In this document: piece after piece, positions 1 to 16,533 of the stretch
Position numbering within the stretch: the first letter of the stretch is position 1
Layout of the letters: each line of letters starts with the position of its first letter
Source: Paraspadella gotoi
Taxonomy: Eukaryota; Animalia; Chaetognatha
Direction of reading: 5' to 3'
Length of the DNA: 64,000 nt
Assembly: GCA_051294375.1 (NCBI GenBank)
Contig: CM119264.1
Span: 11,507,832 to 11,571,831 of the forward strand
Translations under genes and position numbers: made by a program
The notes under the pieces: generated by a model
The model's database searches: none
What the model was told of the DNA's origin: nothing
The model's input: the letters and a program-made list of their open reading frames with translations, nothing else

Positions 1-484
1 AACTCGTGGGATTGTGCGTTCCCCCTCGGAGTCAATGGGATTGGCTGAACGATGATGGACATGAGGCGGTGTGAATATATCGCCACAGTTGCCAAATTTA
101 TAAAACTGAAGACATTATTTAAAATGAACTGACTATTGAGCAACTATTGTAATTTCGTTGTCATATTGATATTAATATGTCATTTCATCCTTTCAACTAT
201 CTTTATTGTTTACATGCTCTTGAATATTTCCCTTTTTATTTTTTCTGAGATATATTAAAAAAAGAACTTTGAGGTAAAAAAAAATCCTTTACTTAATTTA
301 ATCTACCAATCAATTGAATCAATCATGTGCCACTCATTAAAAACTTATGACTACCCAATTTAGTGAAATTGTGAAAGAGGAAACCACTACGAGTACATGA
401 TTGCACATGAGAGCGTACGAGAGGAAATTTGCGATTAGCATGCGTATAAAGTACAATTTATTTCCGGCAATATTGAATTTTCAG

Positions 485-743
485 ACGTGAAATCGGTCTT
501 CCCGAAAGCGCGGACGCTTCTAACATGAAAAGCATCATGAACGCTGATGGAATCTTGACAGTCGACATTCCTGTCCCAACCCCAGCCTACAACGCCCTAC
601 CTTCTATTTCTGGCAAGTTCGACGCCGGAGACTCCAGTTTAGCAACGGTGCAGCCGGCGATGGCTAATATCGCAGCCGCCATGGAAGCCCCTGCCGTCGC
701 TAATGTTGGAAATCTTCTTCAGACAACTGGTCAGTTGACATAA
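485..743 (+). CDS. Small heat-shock protein exon, C-terminal half of an alpha-crystallin domain; upstream exons not identified
   Basis: After the tttcag acceptor it reads REIGLPESADASNMKSIMNADGILTVDIP, matching the sHSP 'R...LP..D...KS.L..DG.L.V..P' signature. Stop at 741-743, or a GC donor at 613 (see findings). Confidence 0.75.
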
Positions 744-1022
744 GGACATGTGATATTTGTGGTACTGTGGACGCAACAATCTGAAACTTGTTGCGTACAC
801 ACTACATAGTACCCCTAAATTCGGATTTTGTTTTATTGTCTAATGATTTTGTTATCGTAAGAAATGAAAAACCTTAATTCTGTCACCTTAAGATTGATAT
901 TTTAATCGTCGCAATCGCTTTTTCTCTCTTTTCTCCTGTGCTTCTGCTGCTGCCTCTTTGTCTTTCTTTTTTTTCTGGCTTCTCTGCTGCTGCCGCTGCT
1001 GATTCGTCCGAAAACGATTTGG

Positions 1023-1024
<2 letters not shown>

Positions 1025-1077
<53 letters not shown>

Positions 1078-1078
1078 T

Positions 1079-1142
<64 letters not shown>

Positions 1143-1550
1143 AAATTACGCATCGCATTCGTGCGTGTTATCATTTTGTTATCGCAACATCGGGTTTTTA
1201 TTCGTTCTTTCTTCTCGTCACTCTCTCTTTATTTTTATTTTTCTTTCTTTCTTTCTATTCTTTCTTTCTATTCTTCTTTCCTTTCTATTCTTTCTTTCCT
1301 TTCTATTCTCTCTGTCCTTTCTATTCTTTCTGTCCTTTCTATTTCTTTCTTTTTCTATTCTTTCTTTCCTTTCTATTCGTTCTTTCCTTTCTTTCTTCTC
1401 TTTCCTTTCTTCCTTTCTATCCTTTCTTTCCTTTCTATTCTTTCTTTTCATTTCTATTCTTTCTTTCCTTTCTATTTCTTTATCTTTCCTTCTATTCTTC
1501 TTCCTTTCTATTCTTTATTATATTTACTTTTCTTCTTTTTCTTTCTGTTT
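1025..1550. repeat. (CT)n microsatellite followed by a pyrimidine-rich ~19-nt minisatellite (ttctattctttctttcct-like)
   Basis: Directly visible; explains the spurious RERE/SLSL ORFs. Confidence 0.95.
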
Positions 1551-1927
1551 ATAAATTAATTTTCTTTTCTCACATTTGATTTTTTAGTATCAAAAATTGT
1601 CGTCAATCCCGATTTTCTCATGCAATTGCGACGATTCTTATGCTTTTAAGATTTTTTCTTTTAGTATTGAAATTGACAAGTTTTTTTAAATGTTTTACCT
1701 AAATATGCTATCTTTGTCAAAGTTATAGGCATTAGGTAATATTATTATAGTGATATTTTCCCGAGAAAACATAAATAATCAGTTTAATGAAACTTTGATC
1801 AGGATTGTGATGGTCTTTAATTTATTATGTTTTGAAATTGTTGAAACTGAAAGAGAACCCCATAGAGATAACCCCATACCCATAACTTTATTATTATTAA
1901 CTTTTCTTATTTAAATATTCAATACAG

Positions 1928-2468
1928 TTAATACGGATGCCGTGAGTGTTGATAAAGAGCAAGGCGTACAAAAAGTGAAGTTCAACGTGCAAAATTTCAA
2001 GCCAGAAGAAATCGATCTTAAAGTCGTGGACAACATTCTCCGTGTTCATGCTGTGCATAAAAGCAACACGGATGGAAGTACTGTGCACAAGGAATATAGG
2101 TATTACCTATAATATAGTTTACCTATTAGGTTACATATATTAGCATAATCATGATAATCATAATGGATAAATAATAAATACAATAACAGTTTTAAAAAAC
2201 TTTTATCATTTGACATTAAATAGGAATATTCGCAATGTTTAAAGGAAATTTGCAGAAGGATATTTTTTTTAACCAATATTGAGAACAGAGCCCTTAACTT
2301 CGACCAATATATATATTTAATTTTAACAGCCGGCAATTCATGCTTCCGGATGGAATCGATCTGGAAACAATGAAGTCAACTCTAAGCGAGGAAGGAATTC
2401 TGGAGGTGGAAATTCCCCTGGCACCAGCAAAGCCTAAAGAGAGAAAAATTCAAATAAAAATGCTATAG
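1928..2468 (+). CDS. Small heat-shock protein alpha-crystallin domain (exons 1928-2099, 2330-2468)
   Basis: Spliced translation ..KFNVQNFKPEEIDLKVVDNILRVHAVH..HKEYS/RQFMLPDGIDLETMKSTLSEEGILEVEIP..ERKIQIKML*, with a C-terminal IxI motif and an in-phase GT-AG intron. Confidence 0.9.
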
Positions 2469-4925
2469 AATAGACTGATTACGAGAAGCTTAAAATCGGC
2501 ATCAACATGAACATGCAATCCCAAAACTGCAATATTGCATGTCGGACACAAATCAATAGCGTGATCCACCTTTTAGCTACATCGCTTTTTATGCTGTACC
2601 TGGGCAAGACTTAGTGATGAATTTGGGCCTGAAAATGATCTGTACTTATTTATTCTGATATATGCAAGACTGATATCAGTAATAGTGATAATTAAAATAA
2701 AGAGGTAACCGAAACATGAAAAAATTATTTTACTTTGACTTATATTTTTATTATCAGTGTTAATGGATTTTAAAAGTTTGAAATTAATTTATTATCAACT
2801 TTCACTTTTGTGCAATCACAACTTTCCTATTTTTTTTCAGTTTCCATTTTTATCCGAGCAAAATTATTTTTTCATCCATGTTAATGTTTATAGTACTTAT
2901 TATATTATCTGTCAATAAAATACAAATGTATTTTTTTCTTCAATACCTTTTTTTGTAAATATAAGTCAAGTCTTATTTCATTCAGATGAAGTGCAGATGA
3001 AACGGTGACCAAGACAAGAGCACAAGAATAGTTTAAGCGTTTTGTAGTTATATTCAATGAACTGTAGAAATTAGCCATTTTATTTCCTTTATAGTTTATT
3101 GATGTAATTGTTTTACGAATTCAAAATTAAGCTATACCAATTATTACCTATTCTTATTGTTATCATCATGAAAAAAAATTGGGGGGGAGAATTTACATTT
3201 TTATCGTAAAACAAAAGAACATTGATTTTTCTGAAAGAAAAAAAAATTGAAATCACCAATTCATAAAATAATATTTAAAATTAAAATACAATAATAATAA
3301 AAGCAATAATTTTAATATAATATCAATTTTGATAAAATCAATTAAAATTTAAGATTAAAATAAATTATATTTTTGAAATTCTTAATAACAATAAAAATAT
3401 TATAAAAACTTACTTTATATCCAAATTTAAATAGAAGGAGCAAGATAGTTTATTTATTGAATGAATGCATCTTATATTGTAATTGTACTAATTTCATAGA
3501 TCATGGCACTCAAACTAGCTTATTAAATTCAGTATGTTATGTACAATCTATTTGTGCACCAAAGTTAAAATCCTATCTCGCTCTTGTCTGGTGACGTTCC
3601 CAGAAAGGGCTCCAATTTTCGAAGGTGGTTCCGAGAGATGTGCAACTGCTATTGTGCATGCTCGGGTAAGTTTTAATTTAAAAAAAAAAAAAGGTAAAAC
3701 CTAAGTTTTTTCCTCTGAAAAGCGCCACCTATCCTGCTGCCGCTGCGGGACTTACGCCGCCTTTGTGGTGGAGAGCACTTTATTGATCCGGTTCAGCGGA
3801 GCAGCATTTCCTCAGTTCGGGCTGCGGAGCAGGGCTACTCTCTCCCTCTCTCTTTCTCTCTTTCTTGGCTATGTCGCTGTCTCGCGGTTTCCAGCCCTTT
3901 TCTTTTATCCTCCTTTTCTTTCTCTCTTTCTTTTCCCTCTTTTGAACCAAACCGTCGACCATCAGCCACTATCTATAAGAAAAAGGAAAAAGAAAATTAC
4001 GAAGGTGACAAGCAAAACCTGCTCATTTCCCGTTTCACTCCTTCGAAGGAGCAGGTAAATGGAAGTCGTCGGATTACGAAAATGACCAAAATAATTCTGC
4101 CAGTGGAAACTAGCGAATAAGTGATAACATAAGTGGATTCGATGGCCGAAATATCCGGTCAGTCACGTGACCAGGTCCTTCGCTTTTTTAATCTACTACA
4201 TAATAATTATTGTAAATGCTCTTTGGAAATCAAATCAAATGTTTTGACGGCTTGTTTTAGTTCCATTTCTATGTAATTTTTTAAATTAATGTATGTTTAT
4301 GAACCGGCCTATCTCAAAGAAAATACACATTTTTAGTCTTTCCCGTTGTTTTAGGTGGAAACCAACGGGAAACCAGATATTGTAATGCTTGGTAACTTTT
4401 TGATAACATATTTTTATTTAAAAAAAGTATAAATCTTAGTTTTGTATCAAATTTTATTTTTTGAGTATCAAAGTTTGTCATGGGTCCAGATTTTTTTTCC
4501 TTTTGCTTTTAAGATTTTTTTATTCCATAAGAGCTGAAGCTTTAAGTGTTGCTCACTATATGTATAAACAAATTCATAAAATCAATACAATTAATTGATT
4601 ACAATTCGTTTCTTGGCTTTCGTTTCATTATGACTGGATGTATATTCTATATACGTTTAGTCTATAGAAATGTTCGTATTTTGGTGGGCTATCACTATAA
4701 CAATATAAGCATGAAAAGGGGCTCGTGGTGGTTTGTTATTAACTTACGGAAAAAAATCACAAATATGTAATAATCAAGACGATGGTCGATAGAACATCAA
4801 TAATGATATAATTATTAAAAATTATTTAAAAAAGCTAAAATTAGTATAATATGCCCATAATATTTTTTAAAAAATAAGGTAAAACTGAAGAGGCGCCACA
4901 CCCGCACCTCGTGGCGACAGCATGT

Positions 4926-5006
4926 TCATGTAGTCCAGAACTTTGGATCTGGCAGCAAGCCCAAGCCTACAGGCGGGTTACCCGGTCCATCCCACTTTCT
5001 ACATGA
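4926..5006 (-). ncRNA. Twister ribozyme, circularly permuted P5 type with P3 (copy A)
   Basis: Minus strand: TCATGTAG(P5) AAA GTGG(P2) GA TGG(T1) ACCGGG TAA CCC(P2) GC(T2) CTGTAGGC-TTGG-GCTTGCTG(P3) CCAGA(P4) TCCAAAGT TCTGG(P4) A CTACATGA(P5). Confidence 0.8.
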
Positions 5007-5008
5007 CA

Positions 5009-5064
5009 ACCTCAGGGCTCGAATGAGGGACAAACATTGGGATGGTGCATTAGTCCACTGAGGC
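5009..5064 (-). mobile_element. Degenerate, shortened tRNA-like SINE head upstream of twister copy A
   Basis: Minus strand GCCTCAG...CTGAGGT 7-bp terminal stem, A-box-like TGGACTAATG, ATCCCAA (Gly-CCC-like loop), B-box-like TTCGAGCC. Confidence 0.45.
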
Positions 5065-6525
5065 GCCTCGAAGGACACGGCTTTAATCTATCTGTGATGA
5101 TAGGACCACCAGAAAACTTTACTTTCTCCGATTAGGATTTTAACTTTTAAATATTAAAAAAAATTATTATAAAATATGCTAACAATTATTACTTAATTAC
5201 CCTAACCCTAAACTCCATATGCTCTAATAACCCCTAACCCTTAAATTAACTCTAACCCTCCTAACACTAGTCGGCGGAAGTAAAATTAATGCTATAATTA
5301 CCTGAACTATTATATTTATGTTCTCAGAAATTGAAATTAAATGGTTTGAGCATTTTTTTTCTTCATTGTCGATCTGCCGTTCAGTCGTTTCAAGACGTTC
5401 GTCGTGACTCAAGCGAATCGGATTTAATTAAGATTTTTTCTCCTGTTTTATTCTGTTGCCACTGTCTTATGAAATTGGTACAACCAATATAAAAATTATT
5501 CATTCATTTAATAAATATATTATATTTAGCTTAAATTTCGAGTACCGAGTACATGGTCATATTTTTTGTTAATTTTTTATTTAATAAGTTTAATATTATA
5601 AAAGCGAGAATGTTGCATTACTCTTACTTTAAATATACGTAACCTAGTTTAATTAAATATAAAATCATATCTGACACAATTTGTACGTCGCTTTTTATTT
5701 GTTAACAATCTAAATTACCTTTATTTTATGCAAGCTTGTGGCTTCGGATTCGGCTTAAATTTTGGGATCAGTTTTAGTCGATTTTATCGTGGCTGGGTGT
5801 TGTCAAGTCATGAATCATGCGAGTTGGAAGACTAATCCCACGAAGAGGTCAGAAATAACAACCTCGAAATATTGAACCCGTCAAAGTTGAATAAATATTT
5901 CGTAAAGTCTTTTTATCCTTAAATATTTTACACGTTTTATTCGTTTTACACTATTTTAGAAGTTTTTAAATGATTGTTAAGTTTTACGGCAAATTTTTCT
6001 CCTTTGGATTGCCACATCACGAACTTTGAGTTTCAAAAACCTATTTCAAAAACTTCATCTTTACGAACGCCTTACTAGTAAATTATTTTGTCTACGATTG
6101 TTGTTTTTGTTTTTCTAGGTAAAAATACCGAGGAACTTTTTTTCTAGGTCATTGCATATGCCTCAAACTGTGATACTGTGAACTATTTTCTGCTGAAAGA
6201 TCTCAGCATAAGGTTATTTTCCATCTTTGAAATGCATGAAAGTGCCACAAAGTTTTACCTCCAACTGGTACCGAAAAATTTATGGACCCTGTGCTGATTA
6301 TGTAAAATTGTCATATTTGGAAACGTGCTGCCGCGTTCTAGTCACTGTCGATCAAATTCTCGTTCACAATACGAACCAGATTTCATTATTCGGAACTAAT
6401 TATAAAAGTTGAAAACTGAATCATTCCTCATTTTGTTACAAAACCATAACTGCCAAAGTGACTCTCATGTTCCGGCTCCAAGTTCGCAATTTTAAATGCT
6501 CAAAATTTAAATATTAATTGCAACA

Positions 6526-11544
<5,019 letters not shown>

Positions 11545-13520
11545 TCGACTACCACAGCTATCAAAGCGATAAAAAAGAGCCTTACACTGCTGGTATCTCA
11601 AGGGTGTAAAGATTGATCTGTAGTTATTCCCGACCATGGAAAGGGCTTTAAGAAAACAATATTCTGTTTGGCGCAAGACAGAATTTAATTCATGGTGTGC
11701 TTGGCATTCCCAGAATTCGTCCATCTTTAATATTTCGGTGTGGCATTTTTTCTTGCCAAATCTGGTGATATGGAAGTCCACCTTACGTCAATCTGCCTTC
11801 TACGATATTGTATACGCGAAACTATTTCATACCATTTCAGGCTAAATGTTTATTTTTAATTTTTATTTTAATTTTGAAGTTTCATGTTTTGTATTACTTT
11901 TTTATTTTTCATAGGTTAGGCCGATTACCAAATTATATGAGTGAACTTTCTCTTTTAAAGAAAGGAGGAATATCATATATTAATAAAGTAAAAGTAAATT
12001 TTAATTTTATGAAAAACGTGATTGCCAGGTTTTATGGTCACCCTAAAAGTACGGATTTGTTTTAAAAATAAAAATTGAAGGTAATTTGGAACTTAAATTA
12101 GCATCACTTCTGTAATACGAGGCCAAAATGATATTTCCAACTTTTCAACTGTGTTTATACTAAATTACGAATATTGATAAGCACGATAAACTTTATTGTA
12201 TTATAATACAATACAATATTAATTTAAAAATCAATTGATTCTGACAATACATTTTTTTGGAAAGAATTAAAACTATATTTAAACTACTGGTGAACGGCTA
12301 TATTAAATATTAATTTTAAAAGAACGCTTTAAAAAAGAATATATATTTTTAAATTTTTTTTGTTTTACCTATAGCCTGAATTCAATTGCTCATAAATCCT
12401 AATTGAGCAGGGAACTCTTACCAGAGCCATAACACCTAAATATAAGAAAGTAAAATTTGGAATGACGGCGTTCCCCGCTTTTATACAATTTAATATTGTT
12501 CTCGGCACAGGATTGAAGTTTGTTTAATTTTATGAATATAAGCCTCAAGGCATTAGGGATATAGTTTTGAAACTTGTTCAAGACATAACTTTTTGCCAAC
12601 ATTCTAGTCTTAAGAACGTTGTAAATATCGACATTAGTCATGTTTAAGAGTTAATAATCTACTTAAAATTTATTTTAGGATATTAGTATATCTGTTATAA
12701 AAATATTTATAGAAATAATTCTTGACAAACTTCAATCTTGCGTTGAAAAATGCTGTAATCATAGCAATTCTGATATGGAATTAAGTAAAATTTCTTGTTT
12801 AATTTCTCAGCAGCTGGACTCTGAGATCAGATAAGGTTATTTTCTCATTGTTTTCTAAAAATTGCAGCACTTGTCTAAGAAGTTGTCCCAGTACAATTTC
12901 ATTCCTTTTTATAAATTCCACTTATAAGTAAATAAAAATGCTTCGTGGTCCTATACAACGTTTTTAAAAGTGGTCATTAAATATTTTCTTCCTTGCGTCG
13001 CAGTTTAATTAACGTTGATCGAAAGGAAATTATTTGATCCATTTGAATTTTGAGTAATATACAGGTCTGTAGCATGTAGTGAACGGATCAGTTTTTCAGA
13101 AAATTTTTTTCTTGTCCAAACTTAAATTGAGTTTCCTTGCGTTGAATGTTGATCAAAATCAACAAGTTACCGTTGTCTACTTTGACATTCGTCTTTAGAA
13201 AACGTTATAAACTAAGTCATATTTTTTCTCAAGCGTTGATTTTTACAGATATATTGATTTATAATCAGATGTTGATTTATTGGCCAGCTTTATTTCTTCA
13301 CTTGTTGCTTTATTTCTCTTATCATTCCCTTGATAAAATCATTACGAATAAACATTTCACTTTGTTTGATGATTATTTAATTTCATCGGAATGTAACCGT
13401 GGCTCGTGTACAAATAATGAAGAAAAAATAATTGATTGCGATATTATGCTTCATGGGGGGTTTCCTTTAGATGATTCGACTTCCACCAGACCCGTTCTAA
13501 CGCTCACTCTACGAATTTCC

Positions 13521-15272
13521 ATGGTAACGATGGACAATAACGACGAGGCAGAGAAGTTGGCTTTTTCTTCGCCTCCCCACAACCGCCCTCAGCTAGATAC
13601 CTCGGGATCTTCTAGCTCCGGAGGACGTACTCGAAGTACACGGCGGAAGTACGTCGCTGAGAGCGAGACGCTCACATCCATCGCGCACGAGGCCGAAGAA
13701 CGATTGGCGGCAAAGCGGAAAGATCGGGCAGAGAGAAGAGAGCTCAGGTGAAAAAATGTCGTGAGCTTTCCAGTTTTTATATATCATTTTCTTACTGTAA
13801 TTTCTATTTTGTCAGACTGAAAGAGATTCAACGAAAGCAGCAGCTAGAGGACGTCAAAGAAAAACTCCACAACGGGACGGTGGAAGAGATTCCCGTCGTT
13901 CGGGTGTCGCAATCGGCCTCTCCTTCGCCGACGTCGGATCCTGTTCACACGGCTGCAATTCGCCCCGTCGTCGAGGTTACCCACTTGAAAGATCCGGGAC
14001 AAACCGTTTCCACCGAACGACGAGGGAGCGACGGGGGAAGTTCCGCCGACGAAGACTCGAGAACTGTTCCGCTGAGTCAATACAGGCAAGAGAAGCTACC
14101 AGAATTCTGTATGTTTCCCTTAGAAAGAATATTTAATTACTGATTTGAGCATAATGCGGATATTTTTTTATTATTTTAGAGAAATAAGAAAGGCTCTGGC
14201 ATCCAGTGAAGAAAAATGGCGAAAATGCTTGTTACGCAACCAGCATTTAGACAACGAAAAAACCTCTCTCAACTACACCGTAGATCTTTTTCAAGACAAG
14301 TTGGAAGAGTTGACGGAGCGTTGGATTGAAAACGAGCGGTTGCTAAAGGCAAAGTCGAGAGAACTCGAAAGCGCCCGTCGCGACAACAAGGCACTGGAGA
14401 GAAACGTTACAGTTTTGCGGCAGCAGCTGCAACAACGCGAGGATTTGGTGCGTGAGCATGGTTTGGTTCTGGTAGGCGGAGAAATCGTGGAGGAGGTGGT
14501 TAAGGGAACCTGCGACGGAGGGGAGGAGGGCCCCTTCGCTTTTCGATTGGCGCCGGCCGCCATCATTCAGCGTCACACCGCGGCGCTGCTGGATAAAAGC
14601 GCCGGAACTGAGGGAACTTTGGACGCGCGGCTGCGGAGATTCGCTGCCGAAAAGGAAGAGCTGCGGGAATCGGTCAGACGTCTGCAGGTACGGCAGGCTT
14701 GTTCGATCTAAAGCTGTAGAAATGAGGATTCGCTACTGGGGAGGGCCAATAATTTTTAAAAGTATATCAGAAGTCGCATATATAGCATAAAAAAACGAAA
14801 CGAATGGTAGTCACTATGATCTGTAGCTTCAAAGATTCAAAATGTGCCTAATATTTTTTTTCAGCTTGAACTCGACGCGGCCATGACCTCGTCACCCGAT
14901 AATTCGAGTCACCATCGATCTTCCATAAATTCTTTGGCCCTGGACGAATTGGAAACTTTGACGCGCGAAGAGCGAAAAAAACTGGAAGAGTGCAAAATCA
15001 AGCTGGAGAAGACGGAGATTGAATTGCTTACCGCTGAGGGATCCGCTCAGCGTCTAGAGCAGCAAGTCCGTCGCTACAAGGAACTCCTTGAAGCCAGCGA
15101 AAGGGTTGAGGATGAACTTAAAACCGACAAGCGTAAGTTGACCAGAGAGTTGAGGGAGGCCAAGGGTCAGGTGGAGGAATTGACCAACGCCAACAAGCAT
15201 CTACAAACTAGATTAGATAAGATTCGCGCCGTCCGAGGAGTATTACAAAACGAACTCAATAAACCTTTGTGA
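13521..15272 (+). CDS. LRRFIP2: LRRFIP1/2 (leucine-rich repeat flightless-interacting protein) homolog. Exons 13521-13747, 13816-14085, 14180-14687, 14865-15272
   Basis: IAHEAEERLAAKRKDRAERRELRLKE, EEKWRKCLLRNQHLDNEKTSLNYTVDLFQDKLEE, GTLDARLRRFAAEKEEL and EDELKTDKRKL..NKHLQTRLDK are family motifs. Intron 2 is best read as GC-AG. Confidence 0.9.
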
Positions 15273-16533
15273 TTCGTTATGAATTTCGACACTTTATTTT
15301 TCAGTCATTTTGGGTTTTTCTTATAAATATTTTTATTTTTCGTTACCTGTTTTAACCATAGAATTCACCTCAACGAAGTCTAGCCCAAATTCCCAGCCTC
15401 TAATGGTCTTAAAATTTGTTTTATACTTAACTAGTTCTTTCATTTTTCTTATCATTTTTTACGCATTAAAATACTCCTGAATTTGTTGATAATATTTTTT
15501 TTTATACAAGCTTGTTTACCAAAGATTTTATTAGAGTAGATATTTATTTTCATGAATAGTATGGGGTTGATTTTTTTCATTAATTTTGCTAAATCGAATC
15601 ATATTGAACAGATACAAAATTAAAGCCTTTACCATAATTCCTTCCCGCGGCTTAGTTTGTTGGAATGTACATTTGTTATGAACACCTTGCGGTTTTTTAT
15701 TGTAGTATTTTTAAGTTTACTGGTTGAATTAAATATTTCTTAAAAATATTATCGCTTTTCAGATTTTAACAGCTTGGTATAAAACTCGTATGACTTCATA
15801 TAACTATGTTTTTTCCAATTTGTTCTTTTACGTATTGTTGCAACTTTAGGGATTAGTAAAAAAATGATATTAATGATATGGGGGTTGCGCAGTTTAGGGA
15901 AATAAATAACTTTTCTGTTTTACTCAAATTCATTTCACTTTTGCTCGCTTTATTTTTTAATCTGCAATATTTCGGGGAAATTTTTTTTATAACGGCATTT
16001 TCCTTAATTAAAAATCATTCCGTCGAATTGTTTTTACCTTTTTACTTTTTGAAGAAAATTTTATGAACCATGGTGTGAAGAAATCCGCCTAAATTTTTTT
16101 TTTTATTCACTTCGGTTTGGATAATTTTTCTTAAATCAAGCATTGCGTTTTGAAAATTACCTATGTTTTACCTTTGCTAGTTTTTTAAATTCCAAAAATG
16201 TTTTTTGTTTGGCGATCCAGAATATTGGTATGGACAAACGTCTATCGCGTAGCTCATGAACCTCATACTGCTTTTTGGTATAAGTCTTGGGTTGATGATG
16301 GTTTTCTCTGTGAGGATACCTATCTTTTTTAAGTAATTTGACTTAATCTTTTTGTTCTATCCTTTTTACGCCAATGCCGTCGCTCTTGATCATGAATTTG
16401 AATTTATAGGCTATTGTTGTACGTAGTAGTATATCATTCTTGGTTTCGAGCTTGTCTGTTGATATCCTTCTCTTGTTTCTCAGCTTCATTTTTGACATTT
16501 TATTAAACTGAACTATCAAGAAATTTACTCAAA

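Noticed and set aside
883-1579. Long RERE/SLSL/FLSF ORFs (also at 41789-42260, 51707-51940, 59608-60016, 61177-61484)
   Set aside because: Translations of microsatellite or low-complexity DNA.
5200-5265. Interstitial telomere (cctaaccctaa; also ~20285, ~44070)
   Set aside because: Only 1-3 degenerate units, typical of repeat-element interiors.
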